From NCBI GenBank assembly GCA_964022095.1, contig CAXHZO010000010.1:1-64000 (forward strand): a DNA stretch of 64,000 nt, in the 5' to 3' direction. The notes beneath the pieces were generated by a model. The model had not been told where the DNA came from, searched no databases, and saw only the letters and a list, made by a program, of their open reading frames with translations. This document shows positions 20,360-30,763 of this stretch, piece by piece; within the stretch, counting starts at the first letter, position 1, and each line of letters opens with the position of its first letter. This stretch comes from an uncultured Arcobacteraceae bacterium (GTDB taxonomy: Bacteria; Campylobacterota; Campylobacteria; Campylobacterales; Arcobacteraceae). The position numbers were made by a program, and so were the translations under genes.

Positions 20360-22042
20360 TCATTCCCCAAAAATGTTAAATAATATGATTTTCAAATCAT
20401 CTTTCATTTGGTCATTTAACTCTTTTTCATTTGAGTATAAATAAAATGGTACAGTATTTCTCATAGAGTATTTTAATCTTTTTCTAAGAGTTGAGATTTC
20501 ATCTAAATTTATTAATTCAATTCCATCATATAAATAAAACTCTTTTTCAATACCTAATCTAAAAGATACTGTTTGATAAGCAAAAAAAGTATTAGGAAGT
20601 TCATTTTCCCACTTTTTTATAAAACTATCTAATTCTTTTTGAAGTTTTTTTAATCTATTAGGAGTTATATAACCAAAGCTTTCTCTAAATTTATATCTCT
20701 CAATTGTTGTAAAGTTTAATACTTTATAAAATTCATTTAGATTTTTCCAAGGACTTCTAAATCTTCTTTTTCCAAACAAAACCTCTTCAAAGCAATACAT
20801 ATATTTGATATCTTCTTGGCTTAAGACTTTTTTATCTTTTATCTCAAAGTATTTATTTTTAAATAGTGAGATTAACCAGTTTTCATCAAGAAGTGATATT
20901 GTATCAAGCTCTTTTTGTTTGTTTTTATTTTGAAAACTCCAAAGCATTGATATATTTTCAGAAATTTTTTCACCCAATACTTGGTCATCAAAATATTTTG
21001 TTGAGAGGTATTGCACTACATTTTCAAGTAAAGTATCAGTTTTTGCAATACCATGATTGAATATCACTTTTTTGTAAAGGTTAAATCTCATCTCAAGCAT
21101 ATGTTCAATATCAATTAAACTCATATCAAAGAAGCTTAATAAAAAGTTTTTATCTTTTTTCACCAACACTGATTGTTTAGTAATTCTTATATGATCATTT
21201 GGCCCTGTTATATAACCACTTGCAAGCATATCTCTATTTATGTAATCTAATCTATCAGCATCAACTGTGCCATCTATAAAGCTATGTAATACTTTAAAGT
21301 CAAAGCCTTTGTATGTTTTTTCTTCAAGTATCAAAATAGCAAGTTCTTTTATTAGTTTTAAAAACTCTAAATCAGTATCTTTTTTTACTAAATCAAATAG
21401 CTCATACTCAAATAAAAGTTTTATATGCTCTTTCCCTATAGCTTCATGAAGTACATCTTTTCTATTATTTGTAATCTCATTATAGATACTTAAAAATTTT
21501 GCTTCTTTTTCACAAAGTGCTTTTAGCTTCTTTTCTTTTTGTTTTATTCTTTGATACACCTTTTCAAGTGCATACTCAACTTGGTGAGAAAATGGTAAAT
21601 GTCCAACATCATGAAGTAATCCTACAACTCTGATTGTTTGTAAAAAAATAGTATAAACAATTCTTTGCGATTTTGATCTTGTAGGTATTGTAAATTGATA
21701 TAGTGCTTTGTTATCAAAATACTCCATATCATCTAAATCAATATTTATATTTTTTTCTTCAAGTAGTTTTTTTATAACTTTTTTTAATGATTTTAAAAAA
21801 TCATCTTTTGTAGATTTATCAGCATTTAATAATGCATTTTTAAACATAAATGAGGCTAAGTGCATAGTCCCTAAACTATGAATAAACCTCTTGGTTGTAA
21901 TTGATGGATACGAAAAATATGCAAGGGCATTTTGAGTAATAAATTGTAATCTATTTACAATCTTAGTTTGAAGAATTTTATCTTCAAGCTTTGTATACTC
22001 AATATGATTGTAAATAGTGTCGTTTATAAGTCTATTTTGTAT
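20360..22042 (-). CDS. HD-domain dNTP triphosphohydrolase-like protein (SAMHD1/YwfO type), non-canonical ATA/ATT start
   Basis: HDVGH.PFSH and DADRLDY..RD; the frame extends 59 codons upstream of the track start and supplies NDTIYNHI...NRLQFITQ...RFIHSLG; AGGAG RBS 6 nt before ATA at 22042. Confidence 0.85.
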   Translation of the reverse strand: MQNRLINDTIYNHIEYTKLEDKILQTKIVNRLQFITQNALAYFSYPSITTKRFIHSLGTMHLASFMFKNALLNADKSTKDDFLKSLKKVIKKLLEEKNINIDLDDMEYFDNKALYQFTIPTRSKSQRIVYTIFLQTIRVVGLLHDVGHLPFSHQVEYALEKVYQRIKQKEKKLKALCEKEAKFLSIYNEITNNRKDVLHEAIGKEHIKLLFEYELFDLVKKDTDLEFLKLIKELAILILEEKTYKGFDFKVLHSFIDGTVDADRLDYINRDMLASGYITGPNDHIRITKQSVLVKKDKNFLLSFFDMSLIDIEHMLEMRFNLYKKVIFNHGIAKTDTLLENVVQYLSTKYFDDQVLGEKISENISMLWSFQNKNKQKELDTISLLDENWLISLFKNKYFEIKDKKVLSQEDIKYMYCFEEVLFGKRRFRSPWKNLNEFYKVLNFTTIERYKFRESFGYITPNRLKKLQKELDSFIKKWENELPNTFFAYQTVSFRLGIEKEFYLYDGIELINLDEISTLRKRLKYSMRNTVPFYLYSNEKELNDQMKDDLKIILFNIFGE

Positions 22043-22051
22043 AATGTTCTC

Positions 22052-23428
22052 CTAATCTTTTCTTTTTTCAAATATTCTTTCTGTAAATTGTGCAAATTTA
22101 CCTCTTACTGCTTTTTCAAGTTCAATTGCAAACATTTTTAGCTCAGGATGCTCATAGTTTGTTTGCTTTAAAAGTGTTGTTAAACCATTATTATATTTAT
22201 TTAAATAAAGGTTATCAATTTGTCTATTTGAACCAATAACAACTCCCATACAACTCTCATCAAGCCTTGATAGTATTAGTTGTGTTGTTTTTTCACTACT
22301 ATTTTGCCACTCATCCATAATAACAATTGCACTAGATAGTGTTCTACCCCTTGCTTCTCCTGGCCATAATGTTTCAATACAATATTTAGATTCAAGCTCA
22401 CTGATTTTTGATTCTATTGATTCTTGATTCTCTTTATTTTCACTTTTTTTTAGATGTTTTTTTGCAATAAACTCTAAAGTATCTTGTAATGCCATATTAT
22501 AGATTCTAAATTTTTCATCATTTCCTGCAAGATAACCAATATCTGCACCTTTATCAAGTGACTCAATAGAGTTTCTAACATAAACAATTTTATCATAATA
22601 ACCTAAATCGATAAGCCTCATAGCACTAACAATTGACATAAGAGTTTTACCACTACCTGCTTTTGCATCAATTACTAGTAAATCATACATATTCGATAGT
22701 ATTGCTTTTGTAAATAGTTTTTGTTTTAGGTTTACTGGCCTTACATTTAATGCTTTAAAATCATTTTCTTTTAATGTATCAATTCTTTTATCATGAATTA
22801 TTGCATATTGTGTATTTCCATCGGCACTTAAAAATTCATAAGAAAAGTTTTGGAATTCATACTCTTCATCAATAGTTTTAATATCTTTATTATCTAAACT
22901 ATTAAAAATCGATGAGTCTAAATCAAATTGTTTTACAAAGTTAAACTTTGGAACTGTAGATTTATCATCATGAAGAGTTTCTGCTTTTATACTTTTAAAG
23001 AGTGCAAAAGTTCTAGCATAAACATCAAGTGATAAGAAAATTGTTTGAGAACCTTTATAGTAATCTCTTGCAATACTTGCAACTTCTATTATTCTTTTAT
23101 CATTTGATTCAGAAATATGAATTTGTTCAATTTGAGTTTCATATGCATCTTTTGAAATAATATCAAGATTTATTTCATCATTAAAAAGTTTCACAACTTT
23201 AAAGCCAAGTTTATAATCTACTTCTTTAATTTTCATCTTTGCTAATAGTCTTGCAAACTCTCTTGAATAGTATCCTAGTTCATTAGTAAGTTTCTTTTTA
23301 TCCTCTAACTCAAGAAGAACTGTTTCAGGAATAACAATGTGATTAGTTTTATTGTCAGATATTCGATTTAGGTTTTGAAGATTTTGTAAGATGATATTTG
23401 TATCTACTACATATACTTTTTCTTTCAT
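22052..23428 (-). CDS. PIN-PhoH family protein
   Basis: N-terminal PIN (VVDTNI, VLLELE, ND..II, LSLD..AR) and PhoH ATPase (AGSGKT, IGYLAG, ARGRTL, MDEWQN, QIDN). Confidence 0.9.
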   Translation of the reverse strand: MKEKVYVVDTNIILQNLQNLNRISDNKTNHIVIPETVLLELEDKKKLTNELGYYSREFARLLAKMKIKEVDYKLGFKVVKLFNDEINLDIISKDAYETQIEQIHISESNDKRIIEVASIARDYYKGSQTIFLSLDVYARTFALFKSIKAETLHDDKSTVPKFNFVKQFDLDSSIFNSLDNKDIKTIDEEYEFQNFSYEFLSADGNTQYAIIHDKRIDTLKENDFKALNVRPVNLKQKLFTKAILSNMYDLLVIDAKAGSGKTLMSIVSAMRLIDLGYYDKIVYVRNSIESLDKGADIGYLAGNDEKFRIYNMALQDTLEFIAKKHLKKSENKENQESIESKISELESKYCIETLWPGEARGRTLSSAIVIMDEWQNSSEKTTQLILSRLDESCMGVVIGSNRQIDNLYLNKYNNGLTTLLKQTNYEHPELKMFAIELEKAVRGKFAQFTERIFEKRKD

Positions 23429-23521
23429 AAAAAATTGTATCATAACAATTGTTACAAATTAGATACAAGATAGTATATTTAATAGTCTATTAGATTTACT
23501 AAAAGACTTAGGATAAAAATC

Positions 23522-24031
23522 CTAAGCTTTTGCAAATTTTATTAATTGTTCAATCATATCCTCTGCCGCTTTTTCATTTAGAGGTTTTTCATATGTAGTT
23601 AATATTTCTCTTGCAAGTATATTTGCTCCTAAGTGTTGATACATAATTCTCATTGCTTGAAGACCCTTTTGACCTCCACCACCTGAGTGTGTTGCTAGAA
23701 GTACAATCTTGTGATTAAATGCATCTCTCCAATCTTTTGTAGATCTTGATGTCCAAGCCATTGCATTGTTTAATACAGGTGGCATTACCCCATTGTATTC
23801 AGGTGCAATTATAATAAATGAATTTAGAGATAAAATTTTTTGTGCTAAATCTAATGCATTTTCTGGTATTCCATTTTTCTCTTCTTCTTTTGTACTATAT
23901 AAAGGTAACTCTAAATCCACTAAATCTATTAATTCTACATTTTCACAATGTTTTAAAGCTATCTCTTCAAGTTTCTTTCCTAGTTTTAAGTTATTAGTTG
24001 AACTTGAAACTAAAATTCCTATTTTTGCCAT
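23522..24031 (-). CDS. NADPH-dependent FMN reductase
   Basis: LPLY, APEYNG.MPPVLNNA..W.SR flavodoxin-fold motif. Confidence 0.88.
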   Translation of the reverse strand: MAKIGILVSSSTNNLKLGKKLEEIALKHCENVELIDLVDLELPLYSTKEEEKNGIPENALDLAQKILSLNSFIIIAPEYNGVMPPVLNNAMAWTSRSTKDWRDAFNHKIVLLATHSGGGGQKGLQAMRIMYQHLGANILAREILTTYEKPLNEKAAEDMIEQLIKFAKA

Positions 24032-24181
24032 AATTTATTTCCTTTAATAATCTATAAAATAAGATAGATTATATCTTTTTTTTCTTTTATATTGTATAAT
24101 ATGAAATAACAGTTTTTTTGAAGCAGAATTAAAACTAAAATTGCTATAATATGACCTTAAATAGGTAATAGGTGGGCTAAT

Positions 24182-26095
24182 ATGATTCAAGACAGAGAAA
24201 AACAATTATTAAATATAATCAAATATACTCCAATGATGATAATAATTGTTATTGCTACCCTTTTTACATTATTTCTTTATTTTGAGAATAAAAAAACATT
24301 CAATTCACAAAAAGCAGAAATAGAAAAAAATTATGTTATTGATAATAAAATCAAAATAAAGACAGAAATAGAAAAGCTTGAAAAACTAATCTTACATAAA
24401 CAAAAAAATACAATCAATAAATTAAAAGAAAATATAAAACAAAGAGTATATGAATCACATAGTATTGCAACAGGAATTTATAATACTTATAAAGATACAA
24501 AAACAAAAAAAGAAATACTTGAACTAATCAAAACAAGTTTAGGAGAAGTACGATTTAATAATGGAAGAGGGTATATTTTCATGGATGATGCACATGGGAA
24601 TAAGATTCTTCATTCTGTTGATAAAAGTATCGAGAATAAAAACTTTTACAATTACACTGATCCAAAAGGTTATTATTTTTTTAGAACTATTGTTCAAACA
24701 ATAAAAGATAAAACTGAAAGATTTGATGAATACTATTGGTATAAGCCAAATACAAACAATAAAAAAATAGCAAAAAAAATCTCTTTTTATAAATATTTTG
24801 AACCTTTAAATATGGCAATTGGCACAGGTGAATATATTGAAGATTTTGAAAAAACAGTCCAAAAAGAAATCTTAGAAACTATTGAAATCTCATCAACTAA
24901 CCCTTCAAGTTATATATTTGTATTAAGTTATGATGGTAAATATTTATCTCACATAAAAAAAGAGTATATAAATAAAAATGCTTTTTATTCAAATGATACT
25001 ACAGATAGTAAAAATGATGTTTCAAGTGTAATTACAATAGCAAAAAATGGCGGAGGCTATTACTCTTATATTCAAAATAAAAAACCTAATACAACTGTAT
25101 CATCAAAGAAAGTTAGTTATGTAAAAAGTATAGATACTTGGCAGTGGGTAATAGGTACAGGTTTTTATGAAGATGATGTTTTAGGGAAAATATTAAATAA
25201 GAAAAAAGAGATTGATGATAAGTTTAATGAATACATAAATGACTTTTTAATCATTATTGTAGTTTTAACATTTATTTTATTAATTGCATCTATTTATGTT
25301 TCAAAAGTTTTAAAAGAGCTATTTTTTAATTATAAAGAACAACTTCACAAAAAACAAAATATGCTATTCCAGCAATCAAAAATGGCTGCAATGGGAGAAA
25401 TGATAGGTAATATAGCTCATCAATGGAGACAACCTTTATCTACTATTACAACAGCTTCAACTGGTATGAAACTACAAAAAGAATTAAATGGGGAATTAGA
25501 TACTGAATTATTTAATAACTCTGTTGATAAAATTAATGCATCAGCACAACATTTATCAAAAACAATTGATGATTTTAGAAACTTTTTTAGTCCTAACAAA
25601 AAAGAATCAAAGTTTTATTTAAAAGATATTTTTGCAACTACTTTGGATTTAGTATCTGCACAATTTAATGCAAAAGAAATAAAGATAATAAAACATATTG
25701 ATAATGTTGAATTGTTTACTTATGAAAATGAGCTAATTCAAGCTTTAATAAATATTTTAAATAATGCAAGAGATGAATTAATTAAACTCCCAAGAGGTAA
25801 AGATAGACTAATATTTATTGATACTTCTTTAAATGATAACAATGGTACAACTATTGAAATTAAAGATAGTGCAGGAGGTATTGATAACTCAATTATGAAT
25901 AAAATATTTGAACCATACTTCACAACTAAGCATAAAAGTAATGGTACAGGAATAGGTTTATATATGACTAAAGAGATTATTGTTAAGCATTTACAAGGGG
26001 AACTAGAAGTAGAGAATTGTGTGTATGAATATAATGGTAATATTTGTAATGGTGCATTATTTAGAATAAAAATAAAAAATATTGAAGATAAATAA
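24182..26095 (+). CDS. Cache-domain sensor histidine kinase
   Basis: Two Cache_2-like repeats (GYIF, IGTG.Y), TM segments, H-box NIAHQWRQPL, HATPase N/G boxes. Confidence 0.92.
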   Translation: MIQDREKQLLNIIKYTPMMIIIVIATLFTLFLYFENKKTFNSQKAEIEKNYVIDNKIKIKTEIEKLEKLILHKQKNTINKLKENIKQRVYESHSIATGIYNTYKDTKTKKEILELIKTSLGEVRFNNGRGYIFMDDAHGNKILHSVDKSIENKNFYNYTDPKGYYFFRTIVQTIKDKTERFDEYYWYKPNTNNKKIAKKISFYKYFEPLNMAIGTGEYIEDFEKTVQKEILETIEISSTNPSSYIFVLSYDGKYLSHIKKEYINKNAFYSNDTTDSKNDVSSVITIAKNGGGYYSYIQNKKPNTTVSSKKVSYVKSIDTWQWVIGTGFYEDDVLGKILNKKKEIDDKFNEYINDFLIIIVVLTFILLIASIYVSKVLKELFFNYKEQLHKKQNMLFQQSKMAAMGEMIGNIAHQWRQPLSTITTASTGMKLQKELNGELDTELFNNSVDKINASAQHLSKTIDDFRNFFSPNKKESKFYLKDIFATTLDLVSAQFNAKEIKIIKHIDNVELFTYENELIQALINILNNARDELIKLPRGKDRLIFIDTSLNDNNGTTIEIKDSAGGIDNSIMNKIFEPYFTTKHKSNGTGIGLYMTKEIIVKHLQGELEVENCVYEYNGNICNGALFRIKIKNIEDK

Positions 26096-26139
26096 AATAT
26101 AAGTGATATAAAATAAAAAGTATTTAAGGGGATTTGTAA

Positions 26140-26161
26140 ATACATGGTGCGAATGGTGAGA
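26140..26161. repeat. Attachment-site direct repeat (distal copy of the tRNA-Leu 3' end)
   Basis: ATACATGGTGCGAATGGTGAGA is identical to 34117-34138. Confidence 0.95.
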
Positions 26162-26498
26162 TTTTTAAAAATAAATTTTAAAAACCATAGAACACCATAA
26201 AAAAGGACTTCTTGAAAAATAAAAAAACTAAGAGTTAGTATATTATAGTTATTTTTTGTACAGTCTTATCACAAATTTGATACTTACTATTAATTAAATT
26301 TTTTTTGAATTAAAAAAATATTATAAACTTAATGTAATCAAGATAATAATTAGTTATTGTAATAAAAATAGTTACATATAACTTTACTAAAATTCACTTA
26401 ATAAAAATACTACTTAACTATATTTCATTATTTTTAAATAACTAATTTTTAATTTTTAAAATAATACAATGGTATTTATATAATCTATTGGAGAATAA

Positions 26499-29400
26499 AT
26501 GACAATATCATTTTTACATATATCAGACTTACATTATGAATCTAGAAAATCAGAAACTTTTGAGGAATTAAGAAATAAAATTTTAAGTGTATTAAGTAAT
26601 AGCAATAAAAGTATAAATTTTATTGTTTTTTCTGGTGACTTAGTTCAAAAGCCTTTAGAAAATGAATCTAATAATGCTTTTGAGACTTTTATAGAACCAA
26701 TTATTAAACAATTTGGTTTAGATAATAATTCATTAATTTTTACTAATGGTAATCATGATGTTGATATCACTAAAAGAGATAAATATGCTTTTAGTGGTTT
26801 TTTAAATCATCTCAATAGTCCAGAAAGAAAAAATGTAATAAAAGATTTATTGAATTTTGATATAAATTTTCCTGAACACCAAGATTTTGTAGAGTTTATA
26901 GGTTCTCTAAACCAAAATATAGTTATTGAGAATAATGTGTATTATTCGACTTATAAAAAGAATGTTAATGGTGTGGAAATAGGTTTTGTCTCAATAAATT
27001 CAAGTTTATTAATGCAGACGAGTAAAAAAGATTTTGGTAATCTTTTAATTATTGAAGAAATATTAGAAAAAGCTATGAAAGATATAATCTCTACAAACAT
27101 GAAAATTCTTAATATTCATCACCCCCTTAATTGGTTTAAAAATTATAAAGAAATAGAAAAAATTATATTAGATAAATTTAATATTGTATTTTATGGACAT
27201 GAGCATGAACATGATGGTAAATATACTATTGATACATATAATAGAGATATTTTAAATTTACATGCCCAATCTATGTATCATCAATCTGACTTACCTGATG
27301 GATTTGCCATTTATGATTACAATATACATGATGAAGAAATAGAAATAACAAAATATATGTATAGTAAAGCGCATAATAATTATGACAAATTAGATACAAA
27401 TAAAATACAAAATATTGACTTACTTAAAAAATCTAAATCAATTAGAAATCAAAATATATGTACAAAAATAAAAGAACCTTTAAAAGAACATATTAATAAA
27501 TTTTTGGCAATAAATTTGACATCAGATATACAAAAAGAAGATATTGAAGAAATATATACACATCAAAAAATTACCGAAGATGATGAAAATAATTCTGATG
27601 AAAGAAAAAAACATCTTGAAATGAATGAAAAAGAATTTTCTCTTAAGGAGTTAATTGAATCTAATGATAATTTACTATTTTTAGGTAAAAAGGAAATTGG
27701 TAAGACAACTTTATTAAATAGTATTAATATTAATTACATTAGTAATTATGGTGAAAAAATCCCTATTTATATCTTATCAAGTGAATTAATTCATGAAAAG
27801 AGCGAATATATAATTTTTGCAAAAATCTCAGATTATTTAAAGAAATTTTATGGTGAGCATAAATTTAAAATTAATGATATGATAAAAGAAAAGAGATTTT
27901 TACTATTAATTGATAATATTCAATACTTAGAAAATGAAATGGTTGATAAGTTGCTATCTTTTGAAAATCAAATTTTTGCAACATACAGAATTAAAGATTA
28001 TGACAATATTTATTCAAAACTTAATCATTTTAATTTAAAAAGTAATAGTTTAAACAAGTTTAAGAAACTCAAGATACATCCCTTTAGACAAAAAGATAGT
28101 AATGAACTTACAAAAAAAATTGTTCCAATAGAAACATCTAAGCAAATTTCATCTAATGTAAAAAAAGCAATGAATAAATTAAGTTTGCCATCAAATCCTT
28201 TTTTAACTACATTATTAATATGGATGTATAGAGATAAAATTGAAATAAAGGATAGTGAACCAGAAATAATTGAAGTACTTTTAGATTATTTACTAGAAAA
28301 ATCTGATGTAAAAAGAAATTTTGATTCAAGAATTAATTTTGAGAACAAAAAAAATATATTATCTGCAATTGCTTATAAATTTTATGAACAAAAAAGTTTA
28401 TCTTTAGATGAAAATATAATTTTAGAAACAATTATTACTTATATAAAAACATATTTTGCTTTTCAAATTAATGCAAAAGATATATTAGACTATTTTTATG
28501 ATAGAAGAATTTTTATATGTAATTTAGGACAAATACAATTTACATATAGAGTCTTTTATTATTACTTTATTTCTCTATTTATGATAAAAAATAATGATTT
28601 TTATAAGACAATTTTTGATAATGAGTTATTAATTACAAATATGCATGATGAACTTAAATTTTATTCAGCATTAAAAAATGATGATTTGTCTGCAATTAGT
28701 AAAATCGAAAATATTATTAGTAAATCCATATTTAACAAAAAATTAAAAAAAGTTAATATTGAATTACCTATGAATTATACTTTTACTATCAATGATTTGG
28801 GAGAATTACATCCTAAACAAACTATAAGTGAAGAAAATGAATCTGAAGATTTAGAAATAAAAATATCAAATGATGAAAAAGACTTCATTGATAAAATTGA
28901 TTCAATAAACACTGATCATAGAGAAAATCATATTGAAAGGTTTAATAATGAAAACGAGTTGGTAAGTATATTTCTCCAAAATAAAGAAGAATATTTTGTT
29001 TTAAATTTAATTTATTCTGAATTTATTAAAAATTTAACAAATGTTAATGTAAAAATACAGAATGAATATGTTGTGAATTCAATTAGAAATATAAGTAATA
29101 TTACAAGATATTGGTTTTCTAAAATTAATGATGAAGAAGTAAGTCAAAGATTTTTAAATAGAAAAGTAAAGGAATTTAAAATTGATTTAGATTTAAAAAG
29201 AATTGTTGATTTAAAAGAACTTATAAAATCAAATATTTTAGCTATTTTTACAGAAGTAATAGAAATTAGTTTGTGTACACCAACTATGATAGAAATTTAC
29301 AAAGAGAATTATAATAAATCAGATGATATTTTCCTTAAATACTATTTTTTAATATTTATTATTGAAACTGATGAAGAAAACATTTTTCTAGAATACATAA

Positions 29401-29639
29401 AGTCTTTTATTAAACATTCAAAAATGAATAAAACTTTTATATATATTTTGTATGGAAAACTTGTTCATGATTTTGTTAATAAGAATTTTTCTTCAAAAAC
29501 AAAAAATGAGATTAAGAGTATTTTGATTTATCTTGAATTAAATCTAAATTCAGCTATAAATGATAGTTCAGGTACTAATAAATCAATAGCTAAAAACAAA
29601 GTAGAAAATGACTTAAAAATAAAAAAAATGTTAAGTTAA
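26499..29639 (+). CDS. Calcineurin-like metallophosphoesterase fused to a STAND/NACHT-like NTPase (putative anti-phage NLR-like protein)
   Basis: LHISDLH, FSGDL, GNHD, HHP, GHEH phosphoesterase motifs; Walker A GKKEIGKT, Walker B LLLIDN, LPSNPF; long helical C-terminus. Confidence 0.85.
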   Translation: MTISFLHISDLHYESRKSETFEELRNKILSVLSNSNKSINFIVFSGDLVQKPLENESNNAFETFIEPIIKQFGLDNNSLIFTNGNHDVDITKRDKYAFSGFLNHLNSPERKNVIKDLLNFDINFPEHQDFVEFIGSLNQNIVIENNVYYSTYKKNVNGVEIGFVSINSSLLMQTSKKDFGNLLIIEEILEKAMKDIISTNMKILNIHHPLNWFKNYKEIEKIILDKFNIVFYGHEHEHDGKYTIDTYNRDILNLHAQSMYHQSDLPDGFAIYDYNIHDEEIEITKYMYSKAHNNYDKLDTNKIQNIDLLKKSKSIRNQNICTKIKEPLKEHINKFLAINLTSDIQKEDIEEIYTHQKITEDDENNSDERKKHLEMNEKEFSLKELIESNDNLLFLGKKEIGKTTLLNSININYISNYGEKIPIYILSSELIHEKSEYIIFAKISDYLKKFYGEHKFKINDMIKEKRFLLLIDNIQYLENEMVDKLLSFENQIFATYRIKDYDNIYSKLNHFNLKSNSLNKFKKLKIHPFRQKDSNELTKKIVPIETSKQISSNVKKAMNKLSLPSNPFLTTLLIWMYRDKIEIKDSEPEIIEVLLDYLLEKSDVKRNFDSRINFENKKNILSAIAYKFYEQKSLSLDENIILETIITYIKTYFAFQINAKDILDYFYDRRIFICNLGQIQFTYRVFYYYFISLFMIKNNDFYKTIFDNELLITNMHDELKFYSALKNDDLSAISKIENIISKSIFNKKLKKVNIELPMNYTFTINDLGELHPKQTISEENESEDLEIKISNDEKDFIDKIDSINTDHRENHIERFNNENELVSIFLQNKEEYFVLNLIYSEFIKNLTNVNVKIQNEYVVNSIRNISNITRYWFSKINDEEVSQRFLNRKVKEFKIDLDLKRIVDLKELIKSNILAIFTEVIEISLCTPTMIEIYKENYNKSDDIFLKYYFLIFIIETDEENIFLEYIKSFIKHSKMNKTFIYILYGKLVHDFVNKNFSSKTKNEIKSILIYLELNLNSAINDSSGTNKSIAKNKVENDLKIKKMLS

Positions 29640-29655
29640 TTATTATAATTATAGT

Positions 29656-30651
29656 ATGAATAAATTATCAATAGAAAACACATTACTAGAATTCAATAAT
29701 GAAATTAAAAAAACTGGAAGTATTGAAAAGGCATTTGTAAATTATCTTAATGAACAATTTAAAGAATTTGATGGATTAATTGATTATGAGAATTACAAAA
29801 AACAGATATTTGGCCAATTTAAAACATCTCAAACTTTACATTTAATTTTCTCAAAAAAAGAAATTCATAATACTTTGGCTAATACTTTATCTCAATATGA
29901 TTATGAATTTCTAGATGAACAAATAGAAGTATTTAATTATTTAGTTCAATATGATAAAGCTTGTATAATTGATGATCAAAAAAAATATTACAGATTAAAT
30001 ACACTCTTATGTAAAGTATTTGAACACTTAGAAGCTTTAGAAAAATGGCATGAGCTTGAAAAATCAGAAGATATACTAAAAAAAGGAATAGCTAGAACTC
30101 CTCATCCTATTGTTTCAGATGCTATTAAACCAAGAATAAAAACGATAAATGATTCTTTAGAATTAAATCCTATACAATCAAATGAAATAATGTTAAATAT
30201 CTATAATGAGTTTGAGAGTAATCCTTTAGAAATAACTGCTATGTATAATTCATTGCAGCATTTAAAAAAAGAAAATTTCTTAATTGATGAAAAGCAAAAT
30301 TTAGAAACTTTATTTAATCAACAAACTTTTTTAAACTCTGCAAAAATACTGGAAGATACACATATCTTTAATAGTTGTAAAATTACATCATATTTATTAT
30401 ATAAAGAAAAAACTATTATTGATTTATCCTTACAATTAAATAAACATATCCCTTATACTCAATTATCAAAATATATGAATACTCTAATAGATTCTTTTTT
30501 TGATTATGAATATAAATCTAATTTATCTAAAAAACATATTGAAAAAGAAGTCCAATTAAAAACACATTTTAATAATTTAGAAATACTAGAATTTAGAACT
30601 AAAATGAACTATCAAGAACATCCTATATTTAATGATATTAAATTTGGCTAG
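29656..30651 (+). CDS. Hypothetical protein of the integrative element
   Basis: 331 aa ORF 16 bp after the STAND gene; no motif recognised. Confidence 0.75.
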   Translation: MNKLSIENTLLEFNNEIKKTGSIEKAFVNYLNEQFKEFDGLIDYENYKKQIFGQFKTSQTLHLIFSKKEIHNTLANTLSQYDYEFLDEQIEVFNYLVQYDKACIIDDQKKYYRLNTLLCKVFEHLEALEKWHELEKSEDILKKGIARTPHPIVSDAIKPRIKTINDSLELNPIQSNEIMLNIYNEFESNPLEITAMYNSLQHLKKENFLIDEKQNLETLFNQQTFLNSAKILEDTHIFNSCKITSYLLYKEKTIIDLSLQLNKHIPYTQLSKYMNTLIDSFFDYEYKSNLSKKHIEKEVQLKTHFNNLEILEFRTKMNYQEHPIFNDIKFG

Positions 30652-30763
30652 TGACTCACTAGTTAAATTAACTATCTAATAAAATCTATTTCATATAAAC
30701 TTCCCTTATCGATATCGAATAAAACAAAGAGCTCTTTGTAAATTAAATTACAAAGGATTAAAA

